The notes under the pieces: model-generated
What the model was told of the DNA's origin: nothing
The model's input: the letters and a program-made list of their open reading frames with translations, nothing else
Database searches by the model: none
Translations under genes and position numbers: made by a program
In this document: piece by piece, positions 28,756 to 42,852 of the stretch
How the letters are laid out: every line of letters starts with the position of its first letter
Position numbering within the stretch: the stretch's first letter is position 1
Assembly (NCBI GenBank): GCA_012295275.1
Contig: CM022666.1
Coordinates: 3,906,001 to 3,970,000, forward strand
Reading direction: 5' to 3'
Length of the DNA stretch: 64,000 bases
Origin: Chrysomallon squamiferum
Taxonomy: Eukaryota > Animalia > Mollusca

Positions 28756-29049
28756 ATGATGACAGCTTGCATCATTTTCACATCTTCATTTTATTATAAA
28801 TAGCAAGTCTGACAACTAATTATTGTTAAACTTAATATTATTAAGTTTGTTGAGGTATCTGTAAGCCATTATTTATTCATCAACCATCTTCAGTTTGGTT
28901 TTGTCTCAAGTTTGTTTCCACCTCATATTCATTATTGTATTAATTTTTTAAAATCATTATTATTATTATGTTTTGTTATTATTAATAACTTTTTTACTTT
29001 GATTGCTCATCATATAGAAATTTATAGATTCTGATTTTTATCTCTGTAC

Positions 29050-29180
29050 AACCATAATGTTAAAGTCTATGGGAAGTCGTATATAAAATTTTCTTTATTG
29101 CTATTTAGTAGGAAGAACTCTTTTTAGTGGCAGCAACAAGTTTTTTTCTCGTATCATTATTCAAAAGCCCAAATTTGAAA
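29050..29180 (+). mobile_element. Decayed SINE body/3' fragment
   Basis: GTCTATGGGAAGTCGTATATAAAATTTTCTTTATTGCT ... GTGGCAGCAACAAGTTT, similar to the ATATAAAAGA..TGCT motif of the other copies. Confidence 0.35.
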
Positions 29181-29621
29181 TCAAATAATTTAAAAAAATT
29201 TAAAAAATGTTCATTACTTAATAAATAATAATATCTAAATGTTATTGAAATTTTGTTAAATATAAAACTAAGAAGCTGCAAGTTTCCACCAGTGAACTTT
29301 AAATCAAAGACCGGATAGTCATTAATTTATACTAATTACTGACAGTCATTCAGACAACATGGCCATAGGAAATTAGTGTCTGAGTAAATTAAGAGCTGTT
29401 TTATTTAACCTGTTTGGTGTTCGGCTTAGCTTTATTTTATTTATTTATTTCTTTTTTGAAGAAGAACAGACTCCTTTGGATTCCGGTTTTAAAACAAACC
29501 ATGAAAATTTTAAATTGAAAGTACTACACGATAGCGAAGGCATGGGAAATTGAAATTAAGAAAAGGTGTTTAATGGTCTTAGCATGTGATTTTAAAATAT
29601 TAAAAAAAAAAAATCACATTT

Positions 29622-29721
<100 letters not shown>

Positions 29722-29749
29722 AAAAACAAATATGGTAGTAATATAGGGC

Positions 29750-30265
29750 ATTGATGTTTTTGTTCTAAAAAAATAAGATGGTAAGAGTGATATGAAAGAT
29801 GAAAATTTTTGTTTATAAAAAAGTGAGATGATGACAAGCTATTTTGAAAAGTAAGATCGTAATAATGACAAGAAATTTGTTGGTTTTTTTTTTGTTTTGT
29901 TTTTTTAAAATGTCAGGCAGTTACATTATCACGAAATCTTTGTCCTGAAAAAGCGTGAGATACAATAAAAGCTTGAAAGTTTTTGTTCTCAAAAGTGAGA
30001 TGGAAGTAATGACCTGAAAGATGAAAGATAAGAAGGTAATAATGACATTAACATTTTTTGTTCTAAAATAAGTGAGATGGTAGAAATGATATAAATTTTT
30101 TTTTTTACAAAAAAGGAAATCGTAATAATAGCTTTAGGTTTTTATTCTAAAATAAGTGAGATGGTAATAATGAATGGAAACCTTTTGTTCTGTAAAATAT
30201 AATGATGATAATGTATACACATTTTTTTGGTAGTAAGTGACAAGAGTATTATCAATAATGGCATA
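29750..30265 (+). repeat. Degenerate tandem array (TTTTTGTTCTAAAA..GTGAGATGGTAATAATGA)
   Basis: About nine diverged units of roughly 40-50 bp. Confidence 0.7.
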
Positions 30266-30984
30266 AAAAGTTGTATTTAAAACATTAATAATTATTATAT
30301 GAATAAAAAATATATATTAATTACATTAAATATATAGTAAATAGACAGTTTATAAAAGTACATTTGGGAATTTTTGTGTAAAAGTTATAAAATCTTAGAA
30401 ATGAATACGGCAATGAAAATTTTAAATATAAAAAAAAAGAAGCAATAAAAATGTATTTAAATTAAGAAAGGGATTTGAAAACTGAAACAAAAAAATAAAA
30501 AAACAAATTTAAATGCCAAAAAAAAAAATGAAGAGAAAAACATTTTGGAGAAGATTTGTTTTTTAAATAAAGAGGAGAAAATTATTGTTCATTAATGTAG
30601 ACAGGAAATTTTATTTATAAAGTCAGTTTTATTTATCACACTAAATTAAAAATAGATAAATAAAATAAACAAAAGAAAAAAAAGTTAAAAAAAAGAAAAA
30701 AGAAAATTGCCTTATCACTCCCACTTTCCTTAAGAATAGAAAACACAAAAAATTATCCTACTGCTTTTTAAATTAAAGAGTTTTGATTTCATTTTAATTA
30801 ACTTCATCCATTTTATGGTCATCCATCAAATTTATTGTTTGTAAAACTGTAAAATTTCTGTTTTATTTTTAATTAAAAAAAAAAAAAAAAAAAAAAAAAA
30901 CAAATTTAATTACTGTAAATTGACAATTATAAAGTTTATCAACAGAGAGGGTTTGCTTATAAGCATTTTTCTCACATATCAGAG

Positions 30985-31104
30985 AATACAGTTGTTACAC
31001 ACACTGTTGGAAAGTGAAATGGTCATATTAACCCACCAAAAAGGTTTGATCCTGTTGCCACTGACTTAGTAGACAACAGGTCTAACCACTGACCTCAGTT
31101 CTGC
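30985..31104 (-). mobile_element. Decayed tRNA-derived SINE head
   Basis: Minus strand: AGGTCAGTGGTTAGA (A-box-like), GGATCAAACC (B-box-like; + strand 31043-31052), then ATTTCACTTTCCAACAGTG. Confidence 0.5.
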
Positions 31105-31452
31105 TGGCATTTTAAGATAAGTACAACTGAAACTTTAGATTCCGTGACTTAAAGCGCAAAATTTTGTTTGGGTTGAATGACAACTGCACGAGATTGGAAA
31201 ACATAAAACTGAAGTTTCAAATATTTCACTTGTAAATTCTGATTTGGATAAGCGTGGAGCCAAAATGGAATTTTTGTTATCTTATTTAGGCAGCTCAGAT
31301 TAAAAGCTCGATAACAAACGTTCTTCCAAAAAAAAAACAAAAAAAAAAAAACATGCAATATTTCGGGTCCATTTTGTTCGAGAGTTTCATAAACAGTTTT
31401 TCTGTCAGTTGGTTTCTTTCAGTTTCTCTTTCGTATTTCTTTCCTTATTTCG

Positions 31453-31484
<32 letters not shown>

Positions 31485-31856
31485 TATGGCATGTTTTCCG
31501 AGGGTGTCATTTCAATATGCTTGTGTTATTATAGAATTCTTACTAAGTTTCCTTTCCACCCAGACTTGTCAGGTTGGCACAGAAAGGGTCATACAATAAA
31601 TAAGAACAGGTGCAGAAAATGTATCACACAAAAGTTGACATGACAGTTATACAACAGTTACAGGATTGGCAGTCTGAGTGGTTGTCATGATATAGTGCAT
31701 TAGGTCGCAAGATCAAGACTCTGTTACTACTTTTTTTTTTATTACTACACTCCTGTTTTCACTTTAAATAAGCTATTAAAGAAAAATTACTGTGTAATTG
31801 GTAATAAAAAGCTAAGGAAATTACTTCCTGCATCATAATTTATTATTATTATTAGA

Positions 31857-31906
<50 letters not shown>

Positions 31907-31925
31907 TGCATCTGCTGCCACTGCT

Positions 31926-31973
<48 letters not shown>

Positions 31974-32602
31974 TTTGAAACTACTAAAAAAATGTTCTTA
32001 CTAACCCAAAGATGTATTGGTTCTTGAATCAAGTCTCGATTTCAAAAGTAAATAATTGTAAATAACTGTAATTATGTCACACTGATATTTCTCACTAATT
32101 TTCAAAGACACTAACAAACTAGAATCAAATTTGTTGATTTGTATTTTTTCACTTTTATATTTTATTTTACTTTATTTTTGTATTTTCAGTTTTAAAACCT
32201 CGGTGATATCATTTCTGGTTGTAGTTTCATTTTAGAATTCAGTCAGATCTGAATGTACATTCTTATCTGTATTTAACTTAGCTTCAATTTCAAAGTTGCA
32301 AACAAAAGTTTTGTCCCCTAGAGAGGAAGATATTTGAAAAATTTCAGCTGTCATCCATGATTTTGACTGCCATTTTAGGTTGTAGGTCATACATACAATT
32401 AAGTTCATAGACTTTCCAAAGACTTTTGTAATTTCATTTATTAATTATATTTATTTAATTAAATTTATTTATTTATTTAAATTTATTTATATATTTATTT
32501 GTTATATTAATATTTATTTATTTATTTATTGGAATTTGAGCTTGATGTTGTTTTTTTAATGTATTCAAATAATGTTTTTACTATGCAAATATACACTGTG
32601 TG

Positions 32603-32634
<32 letters not shown>

Positions 32635-33119
32635 TGTGTGTTGGAAAACCTTTATTACTATTTTTGAAACCAGTTTTGGGTAAATCAAAAGGAGTAGAAA
32701 AATGTGAGCGAGACATTCATTTCACAGGGAACATTTTGCACTTACACAAAAACCTGTTCTATAATATTTCTGACAGGCAACTTGGCTAACTGTCAAAATC
32801 TTTTTCTGTTAAATAACACAGATTTTCTGAGAAGAGAGAGAGAGAGAAAAAAAAAAAAAAAAAAAAAAATGTTATAATGGTAAACAAGAACAAGAAATTA
32901 GGGGAGTGGTCCAGTTCCTGGTACTCAGTGGTTCCTGGTGCCAGATGAAGATGAGTCATTGGCTTTGGCGAACTCAGTTTTTGTCTGTGATGAGGTATTA
33001 TGGTAATGCACTGTTTGTCTGGAAATAAAGTGATTAATTTAACTCCACATCTCGGTTCACAGTAATAAGTAACTACACTCTGTCGGAGAATTGAGAGACA
33101 TTTCTAAGTTCTTTTGAAA

Positions 33120-33152
<33 letters not shown>

Positions 33153-33389
33153 TGTAGCTCAGTTGTAGAACATTCACCTAAGTCACAAAGAGGTCTAGAA
33201 TCAGTTGTGAGCAAGGGAAGAATGAGTGAGACGTTGTTTAGTGGTAGAACATTTGTCTGAAGACGTGAAGGAAGCATTGTGGGACTGAGTGTCAGTAATG
33301 GCAAAAGACTGAGATAATTTTTGACATTTGTCTAACTCTAAGGCTTGAAGGGTTTTATGATCAATTCAGAGTAAAATTGGAAGTTCGAG

Positions 33390-33620
33390 GGACATGTTGC
33401 AGATCATTTGTCTAAGGCATGGTAAAGTGCAGGGTTACTCCTACCAGAGAAATGTCCCATTCCAACAAGTTGCTCAAAAATGCAATGATATTATGATCTC
33501 TCCTGTTTATCAGAAAGTGCATATAAAAGATTTTTTGCTGATATTCTTCTGTAGAAGCCTGAGAGTTTTTCTGCTTAATATCATCATTAGAGAATCATAT
33601 AATTGATATAGAATTAAATT
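33390..33620 (+). mobile_element. Decayed SINE copy
   Basis: TCCCATTCCAACAAG at 33455, then TCCTGTTTATCAGAAAGTGCATATAAAAGATTTTTTGCTG (to 33540). These motifs are shared with the 28664 and 61150 copies. Confidence 0.5.
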
Positions 33621-34671
33621 TAAAAAACCCTACAACATTATGTGCAGATTTATTATAACATGTCTGTGTGTCTGTGCATGTGTGTATGTGTTTAGATCTG
33701 TCACATTTATCACCATTTTCATTACTAAAACAGGAGAATCTTTTGGAACAGGACAGTTTTTTTTGTTAAACAGATAGCAAATTCCCACATCTGACTTTAA
33801 AACAGAATATAATAATTAACTAATACATGATACACTATAAAAACCATGCTTGATCACAGAAGTGATATTTCTTGTGATCTCATATCCACTTCTGCCCACT
33901 CACCATTCATTTATTTATTTATTTATTCTTCTTAAAGTCTGTTTTTCTGACTTGTCATTTCAGCCATTTTTGGCTTCATCGGTTCTGCTTTTTAATTTGG
34001 TAATATTGATTTCTGTAATGGCAGGTGATACCCTGATTGGCCTGCTATGGAAGAGTGTCATTTTTCTGGCGACACTAAACAGGTTGAGTTACAGCCAAGT
34101 CTTGTCCAAACGCAAGACCATCAAATCTTTTATTTGTCTTTAACATTAACTCTCTTTATGTATAACGCACCTCATATTATTCATTAATCCGTTATCAGGG
34201 TCTTTCGTATAAATAATTTTCTAGCATGCGAATACTGGACTTTTTTTTTTTAGCAGGATCCTGGATGGATTCTGGTGCCTGGTACTGATATGCTAGAATG
34301 TTATTGGATGCTAACATGCTTGGAATTGTTGCCTGAATGGCTGCTAAAGACAATTAATATTAATTTTAAAAGATTATTTTGTATGGATTCCTCTTGCATT
34401 GAGATCTGAGCTGGCTGCTTTTTTCTTTTTATACTCCTTTGTCTCTTCTTTCCTTTTTCTTTGTATATGTGTCTGTCTTTTTATCTTTCTCTTTCTCTTT
34501 CTGTTATATTCGATTTTTTCTTTGATTTAAATTTTCACTATTTACCTCATCTTTTTTTTCTTCTACAAACAAACACACACACACACATACAAACTCTTTC
34601 TTTTTCTTTCAGTTTCTCACCCTCTCTCTGACAACACACACACACACAAATACACAAATACACACAAAATC

Positions 34672-34790
34672 TGGTAATTAAATAAAGCCACGACAAAAGA
34701 ATAATTTTAATTTTTTTTTTTTAAAGTTACCAAATGAATTGCTGTTAAAATGTAAAATTTTGCACAAGTTATTTTTATTTAATTAATTTA
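34672..34790 (+). repeat. Dispersed ~120-bp direct repeat, copy 1
   Basis: TGGTAATTAAA(A)TAAAGCCACGACAAAAGAATAATTTT...TGTTAAAATGTAAAATTTTGCACA, near-identical to the copy at 37078. Confidence 0.85.
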
Positions 34791-36050
34791 TGAATATAAC
34801 AACAATCTTTTTATTTTGGGGTGATGGAACATTTTTTTTTTTTTTTTTTTCTTTTCTTCTTAACCTCAGCAGCATTATGCATTATATATGTACTTGAGTC
34901 ATTTCCTTCCACAGGTTTATATGATTCTACCACTTAAACTAGTGTCAAGAGACTTTTTCCTTCACAAGTCCTTTTTGTGTTTAAATAGTTCGGGGTCATG
35001 TTTATGACATATGTACAAATGTTAAATTGCCCACCAAAAATGAAAAAAAGTGAATTAGGCAGAAAAACATGGAGTGTAGTAGATGTTTATTTCTTTGAAA
35101 GGAAATGATATGAAATTTAGTTTGTAAACAGTGTGTTTGTCAAGGATTTTTAAAAATTTTTAGCATTTAAAATAATAATTTTCACACACACACACAGACA
35201 TATAAATAAATATAAGCAAATATTTTAATTTTGTTTTCTTGCTACAGTTTTATTATATTTTTATTTGTAGAACTAACTTTCTTTCTTTTTTTCTTTATTT
35301 ACAAATCGTATTTAAAATGAACTTTTAAAAATTGCATTTTTACTTTTATTTTTATTGAATTTTAATTTCAACTGAATTTTAGTTATGACAATTTTATCGT
35401 ACTGAATTTTAACGATTTTTATTACTTTTACGTTTAAATGTAAATAAAATGTGAATCAACTGTCTTCAACTTCATGGTAATTCAGACATGAAAACTGTTG
35501 AATCGTGGTTTCACATGCTGTTATGAGTATTTCAGTTTTAAACTGGTGATCCCAGATTCATTATACAGCAGGCACAGCCTCACAGATACAAGATTTATGA
35601 CTTTATGGATTTCTAAGCTGTCATGTTCCAAATAGCTGTGGTTTTTCTAACAGTTATACTGTGCAGTAGGCCATTTACTGACAGGCAAATCCGATTAATC
35701 CCTTCAAAATGAATGTAGCAGTCTCGGAATATAAGACTGATGATAGCCATATAATGGAGTCACGGATTTAGTGGGAATAAGACAGGGTTGCGTTTTGTCG
35801 CCTTGTTTGAACAAAGAAATTGTGTGAAAAAAAAAAACTGTATTGCTTGTAAAATGATTAAGTGTTAGATGTCTTCTGGTTGTTTATTTATTTATTTTTT
35901 TTTTTTTGTGTTTGTTTATTTTATAGTTTATTTAAATTTATTAAATAAAAAAAAAATGCATCTTTTAAATGTTTGGGGTTTTTTTTGTTTTAATTTTAAA
36001 AGGATTAAGTATTTAATTTTATTGTTGAGCAATTTTGAATAGCTTAAAAT

Positions 36051-36105
<55 letters not shown>

Positions 36106-37077
36106 TTTTATTTTATTTTATTATTTTTTTGTTTTTGTTTTATCAGCAGTTTATTTTTTAAATTAGGTGTTATTTTAATGGGTTTATTTATTTATTTATT
36201 ATTTTGTTTTTAATTTAATAAAATAGGGTTCTGTTTGATTTTATACTTATTTAAATCTACCAAATGGCAAAAGCTACCTGTTTTGATTTTATTTATTTTT
36301 AAAGAAATAAAAATATATCTAATATCTTAGTAAGTTTCTACCTGTTTGTCCCTTCTCACTATGATGTGAAAACCTTTGTTTGTTTGTTTGTTTGCTTATT
36401 TATTTGTTTCTTTATAAATATTTTTTTGTTGTAGCAAATTTTTTTAACTATTTAAAACAAATTTATTTAATAATTATATATATAGATTTCTTTGTTTTCT
36501 TCTCACTTCTTTTCTGCTTTTTCTTTTTTTTTTTTTTTTTTTTTTTTATAATTATTTTATTTTATTTTTTTTTTTTTTTTTTCTGTTACTGTCTATGCTT
36601 GGTCATTAATAAATTTATTTAATATTTATATTTTACTGAACAGATATATATAATTTTTTTTTTTTTTTTTTTTTTTTTTAAATACCATTTCTCTCTCTTT
36701 CTTGTTCATTTCTTCTTCTTCTTCTTCTTCTTTTTTTCTGTTATTGTTTGTGTGTGTGTGGTCAGTGCTGCTAACATTACTGATCAAGATGGCTCTGTTT
36801 TTGATGATGCCAGATTAAAGCTGATAGACAACCTATTTCCTGCAGGCTTCGTTACATTTGTAATTCAAGAAAAACTGATGATAGCGGCAGCTGATTAAGT
36901 GAATACTGAAGACTTAAATGAATAGGATTTCAGTTACACCTAACCATCCACCACATGCATGTTGAATAAAGGAACACTTGTTCTAACCTAATGCAGTGCA
37001 CGTTTATTATGTTTATTATTAATTTTTTTTGGTTGTTGTTGTTGTCTAGAGTAAAATCTGTTTATTGTTGGCTGGTT

Positions 37078-37197
37078 TGGTAATTAAATAAAGCCACGAC
37101 AAAAGAATAATTTTTTTTTTTTTTTTTTTTTTTTTTTAAGTTAGCAAATGAATTACTGTTAAAATGTAAAATTTTGCACATTATTTTTATTTAATTA
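37078..37197 (+). repeat. Dispersed ~120-bp direct repeat, copy 2
   Basis: Matches the 34672 copy apart from poly-T length and a few substitutions. Confidence 0.85.
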
Positions 37198-38580
37198 TCA
37201 CATTATTTATTTATTTATTTATTAGTATTATTAATATTATATTTGTTTGTTTGTTTGTTTTGTTTTTTTTTTTTATTTATTTTATTATTATTATTATTTA
37301 AAATCTATTCAAAGTAGGCTTGTTTTATAATTAAATAAAAATCTCAACAAGAGAATTTTTCTAGTTCTTGACTGAAGAACCATTGTTAAGATGTAAAATG
37401 GCTTCCAACTTATACATTTCTTTAAAATGAAAAAAAAACAAAATGCCACACCACACACTGAGTTAAATTTATTATGGTTCACTGGCTTTCTTATTAATAT
37501 TGAATTTATTTAATTAATTTATTTTATTTTACTTTTATTTTACTTTTTGGGGATTGTGTTTGGATTGACTCATCGAGTAATTTCAACTCAAATGAAAAAA
37601 ACATATTTTTTAACACCACTTAAGTACTTTTAGACATCAGAACTTATTAATTGTCAAAAATATTGTTTCTGAATAATGATATATCAGAAATATGAAATAA
37701 CTATCATCACATTGGCTTTTATATAAACAAGACACACATACCATATCGTTTTTGATCAGTACATGAGAAATCAGTTGCCATCACTCCGTGGCATATTTTA
37801 GTTTTTAAATTTTGTTTAATTAGGCCTTCCCATGAACAGGAAAGCTTAGAGCATTAGCTTTACAATTTTACTGCTTGGAAGCAGAAATGGTGTCAGTGCA
37901 TTGTGCAAGATTGATCCTGTGAACCCTCATGTCTCACATTTTGTCTAGAAGCTGTAGTCTGTTCATTTGTTTTCAAAAAAAAAAAAGAAAAAAAAAAAAA
38001 AAAAAAAAGAAAGAAAATGAGACAAAGGGGGAAAATGAAGATAAAAAATATATAAAAGAAAGAAAATGAAAAAAGAAAGAAAAAGAAAAAAGAAAGAGAA
38101 AGGCTTATTGTGTGAGTCATTTGTGCCATGTTACTGCAAACAATAAAAAAAGATCTGGGCTCAGCAAATTACATCACCATGCAGGACACATGTAGAAATC
38201 TGTCAGACATTGTCACAGGTAGGTTCAAAATGAAAAACATAGAGTACAAAACATGGTGGTCATGCAGTAGGTGTTGTTCGTTAGCCAAACAACAGGTGCA
38301 AATGTTTGACGTGTTGTGTGACTCCTGCATCCATGTCACAAATACAGTCATAAATTTATTACCTTTTTTTTTTTTATTTTTTTTATTTTTTTTATTATTA
38401 TTATAAATTTTTTTTTTTTTTTTCCCTTCCTACTTCCTAAAACTCATTTTCTTTACCTTTTTCTGTGTCTGGTTTTATATTTTCTGTTTCTTTCTTTCTC
38501 AATTTTTTTTTTTTTTTTTTTTTGGACCTTTCAGTTTGTCTTTCCCTCTCTTTAGTTCTAATTCTCTCTCTTTTCTCCTA

Positions 38581-38686
<106 letters not shown>

Positions 38687-39644
38687 CACTCACTCAGTCA
38701 CCAGAACGTACAATTCAGGAGATGTGGAACGTTCATGACAAGTACTAACAGAGGTCAGACAGGCTATTTATGATGGGTATTCTATTTATGACAGGAGATT
38801 TGTTCAGTAAAAGGGGACTGTTTATTTGTACATGCCAGGCGGGACCCAGAGATGAGCAGATAAACCCAGCTTACATTTTGTCCCTAATGATGTACAGAAC
38901 TGATTCCACAGAGCAGCAGTTCAGTTGAATTATAAACAACAAGAACTGACCAATTTCCACAGATGTGCTTGAGCTCTGTCTGTGTCCATTCCATCATAAT
39001 TCAAAACAGTAAGAGGGAGGAGAGAAAGAGATGGTGTTATGAACATCATCATTATTGTTGAGAAGGCTCAAAATTCTATTTTTGATACCCCTCCATTCCA
39101 GAGAAATAGACTGTTTATAATAAGTTTTTGTTTCACATTTGTTAGGAATAAAGTTATAATTGTTCTTTTCAAACAGAGGTGCACCTTGTTAGGAAATAAA
39201 TGTTTAAGTTGTTAAAAAAAAAAAAAAAAAAAAAAATGTCCTCAGGTGTGCCAATATCACCTGACTGATTTTTAATAAGACAGTGCTTTGTTTTAACAGA
39301 GACTAGCACTCAGTGACTGGTTAATAAACACTGTGGTATGTGTTTTTCTGCCTCCAGTAGATAGTATTTATAGCAAGCACTACACACCCTAGCCTGGAGC
39401 TTCAGTGTTTGTGTGCTGCGATTGTACTGGAAGATTAAAAACTAAAATCAAAAGGGTTTAAAAACAGATTATTATTTAAAAAAAAAAAAAAAACATATTT
39501 TAAGATAAGTAGACATAAAAAACTCACATATCCATCAAAAATAATCTGATGTGTCAATTATTGATTGAAAGATCCAAGATGATGTATATTCAGTGTTGAA
39601 AATGTGTGAATACAAACTATATAGCTTTCAGTTCACCTCTCTTT

Positions 39645-39711
<67 letters not shown>

Positions 39712-39990
39712 CCTGCACATTAAAAGAGTTTAATGTTTGAGGAATGTGGCTTCTAAAACAGTGAATTTAACAGAAGAGTGGATTTACAAATAAACCAGAT
39801 TGCTGTTTACTTCTGAATCTCGTTTTCCAAGCTATCAAGTCATCCCACAGAGTTACAAGACTAAATATTTACACTCATTTTCCAGCCAGCATTTAATGTT
39901 GTGTGAAGCTACAGGGTTCCTGTGCCATATGGGCTTGTTTCACTGTTATGAATACATTATACAAGACTAGATGGGAAATATATAGATAAT

Positions 39991-40201
<211 letters not shown>

Positions 40202-40899
40202 ATTATACACAGACAATCTTGTATTTAACAAATTTAGTATAATAATAAACAGAAAGAACCAAAGAGACAATATGAGACAGAGTAAAAGGGACAGACAAAC
40301 AGAGAGATACAAAAACCAAGACAATCAAAGATCAAAGTGTTAAACATATTATTTGTTGATCTATAGTCATACATTTATCACTGGATGAACAACACACTTT
40401 TAAACATTCATTCATTTTTTAAATTTAAACACTATAACCCAACTCAGCTTTCACACCACCACTTTAAATAAACTAGATCATTTATTTTCTTCTCCTGTCT
40501 TCAAACGTTTTTCTCTCTACTAGATTTATTTTACAGTGGTTTTTTTATCAGTCTACCCTTGTTACCATCACCTTTTAATTTAAGCCACATGTTTTCCTAA
40601 TTTCTGACTTGATGTAGTAAATAGATTTCCTGTAATTTTGCTACTCAGTCTTTCTTAGCTGTACCACCATATGTTTTCCCTTATTCTACCATAGCAGTTT
40701 TTGAAAGGTTTTTTTTTATTATTATTATTATCTTATGTCTGATGATAACAAATTTTTTTTTTTTTTTTTTTTTTTTTTGTTTTTTTTTTGAACCGTTTAT
40801 TTTACCTGTTTTAACTATATTATTGTTTTTAGCCTTTCTCTTATTTTTATTTTATTTTATTTTTTTAAAATTTTTATTCCATCTCTGCGACTTTTTCAG

Positions 40900-41535
40900 G
40901 TTTTTCAAACCACCTGTTTTCCTTTCCTGTCTCAGTGTCACAGTTTTTCACCCTCTTGGTTTTTCTTTCTTCTCAGTAACACTGTTTTTCAACCACCTGT
41001 TTTCCTGATCTGTTAGTACCACTGTTTTTCAACCACCTGTTTTCCTGATCTGTTAGTACCACTGTTTTTCAACCATCTGCTTTCCTGATCTGTCAATACC
41101 ACTATTTTTCAACCACCTGGTTTTCCTGAATTGTCAATACCACTGTTTTTCAACAATTTTTTCCTGGCTTTTCAGTACCACTATATTTCAACCACCTGTT
41201 TTCCTGACCTGTCAATACCACTGTTTTTCAACCACCTGTTTTATTGATCTGTCTGTAACAGTTTTTTCTGTCTTGATAGTGCCACTGTTTTTCAGTCATC
41301 TGTTTTCCTGACCTGTTGGTACCACAGTTTTTCAACCACCTGTTTTTCCACCAGTGTCTTTGGTTTTCAACCACCTGTTGTCCTATCTTGACAGGATGCC
41401 TCTGTTTTTCAACCACCTGTTGTCCTGTCTTGACAGGATGCCTCTGTTTTTCAACCACCTGTTTTCCACCTCTCTGTTTTTCATCTGCTAGTTGTTTTTT
41501 TTAATCCAATGCACTGATGTTGACAACCACCTCTT
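40900..41535 (+). repeat. 40-42 bp minisatellite (ACTGTTTTTCAACCACCTGTTTTCCTGATCTGTTAGTACC)
   Basis: Identical units at 40981 and 41021, roughly 14 units in total, with a 42-bp variant at about 41363-41462. Confidence 0.9.
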
Positions 41536-41777
41536 CTTTTGTAATCTGTCTGTTTTTTCCTGATTGACTCTGGTACTTATGTTAACATATACAAATTAAA
41601 CTTTTACAAATGAAACTGTAGATTTCAAATATTCTTAAAAAATTATTATTATTTTTTTTTTTTAAAAAGATTCTGTGTTTTTTCTCTGTTCTGCTTTCTA
41701 ATCATCTTGCATCTTTCTTTCTGTCACTTTGTCATTCTCTTCTTTATTATTATTTGTTTTGTTTATTATTTCTTTCA

Positions 41778-41820
<43 letters not shown>

Positions 41821-42755
41821 ATGTACATTAGGTTAGTGATGTTTTTAAGTACAAGTATCTAGATAAAAAAAAGATTAATAGATAAAAAAAAATCATTATA
41901 AACATTCATTGCACAGAACCATTTATAAACTGCTGCTTGCCAAAGAATTTTATCTGGAATTTTACAAAATTCATAAAAACATGACACCAACAAAGATTAA
42001 TTATCATAAATAAAAAAAAAATAAAAATAAAAAAATAAAAAATGTATTGGCAGTAGTAAACATTTAACAGATACGGCAAGGTCATGAAGAACACAAAGTT
42101 CAGTAACTCTAAATATAAACACCTATGTATAGCTAACAATAATAATTAATTTACATAGAATTGTAACATTTTTAAAGAAATGAATAATGATATTTAAGTT
42201 TGACTTAAATAATTTGTTTTATATGTAGATAATACTGAAATATTTATAAAGGAATTATGTTTAAGTTTGTATTAAATAACTTTGTTTAAATGTTTGAGAC
42301 TGCTTTCATATCCTTCATAAAATTATTATTATTATAATTTTTTTTTTTAATAAAATTTTAAAGAATTTTATTATGATATTCTGACTGTATTAAAGTTTCT
42401 ATGTTATTAAATTTTATGATTGTCTTTTTTGCATTTTCTTTTTGTATTGATATTGTATGTGACATTATGAGCATGTTTGCACAAACTCACCTGCATTGTA
42501 GATTTTATTTACAGTCTTTGTGAAAAGATAAAAAAAATAAATAACGGAAAAGAAAAATAGAAAAGATGTTTGGCAAATTGACAAGTAATAAAATAAATTT
42601 GTAAGAAGAACAAAGAATGGTTTTATTCTGATATAAATGTAAAAAAAAAAAAAAAAAAAAAACAATAACAACAGAAGCAAATATGATAATGATAACAATA
42701 AATCAGTCAATCAGTCAATAAAATAAATAAAAATAGACATAACTTCAATAAAAAT

Positions 42756-42852
42756 TAAAATAAAATGATACGCAAACTAAAATAAAGAACAGATAAAATA
42801 AAATGATATACAAACTAAAATAAAGAACAGATAAAATAAAATGATATACAAA
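42756..42852 (+). repeat. 38-bp tandem repeat, ~2.5 copies
   Basis: ATAAAATAAAATGATATACAAACTAAAATAAAGAACAG repeated. Confidence 0.85.

Noticed and set aside
32945-32975. Hammerhead-like GATGAG-stem-CGAA
   Set aside because: It lacks the CUGANGA and GAAA catalytic core and the flanking stems.
33152-33205. tRNA-like TAGCTCAGTTGTAGAACA
   Set aside because: No cloverleaf or proper T-loop; at most a decayed SINE head.
36801-36880. Possible C/D box snoRNA (TGATGA ... CTGA ... CTGA)
   Set aside because: The C box lacks the leading purine, there is no terminal stem, and I recognise no rRNA-complementary guide. snoScan or Infernal would be needed.
40900-41535. CRISPR-like repeat/spacer appearance
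   Set aside because: The intervening sequences are themselves homologous (tandem units), the context is eukaryotic, and there are no cas genes.
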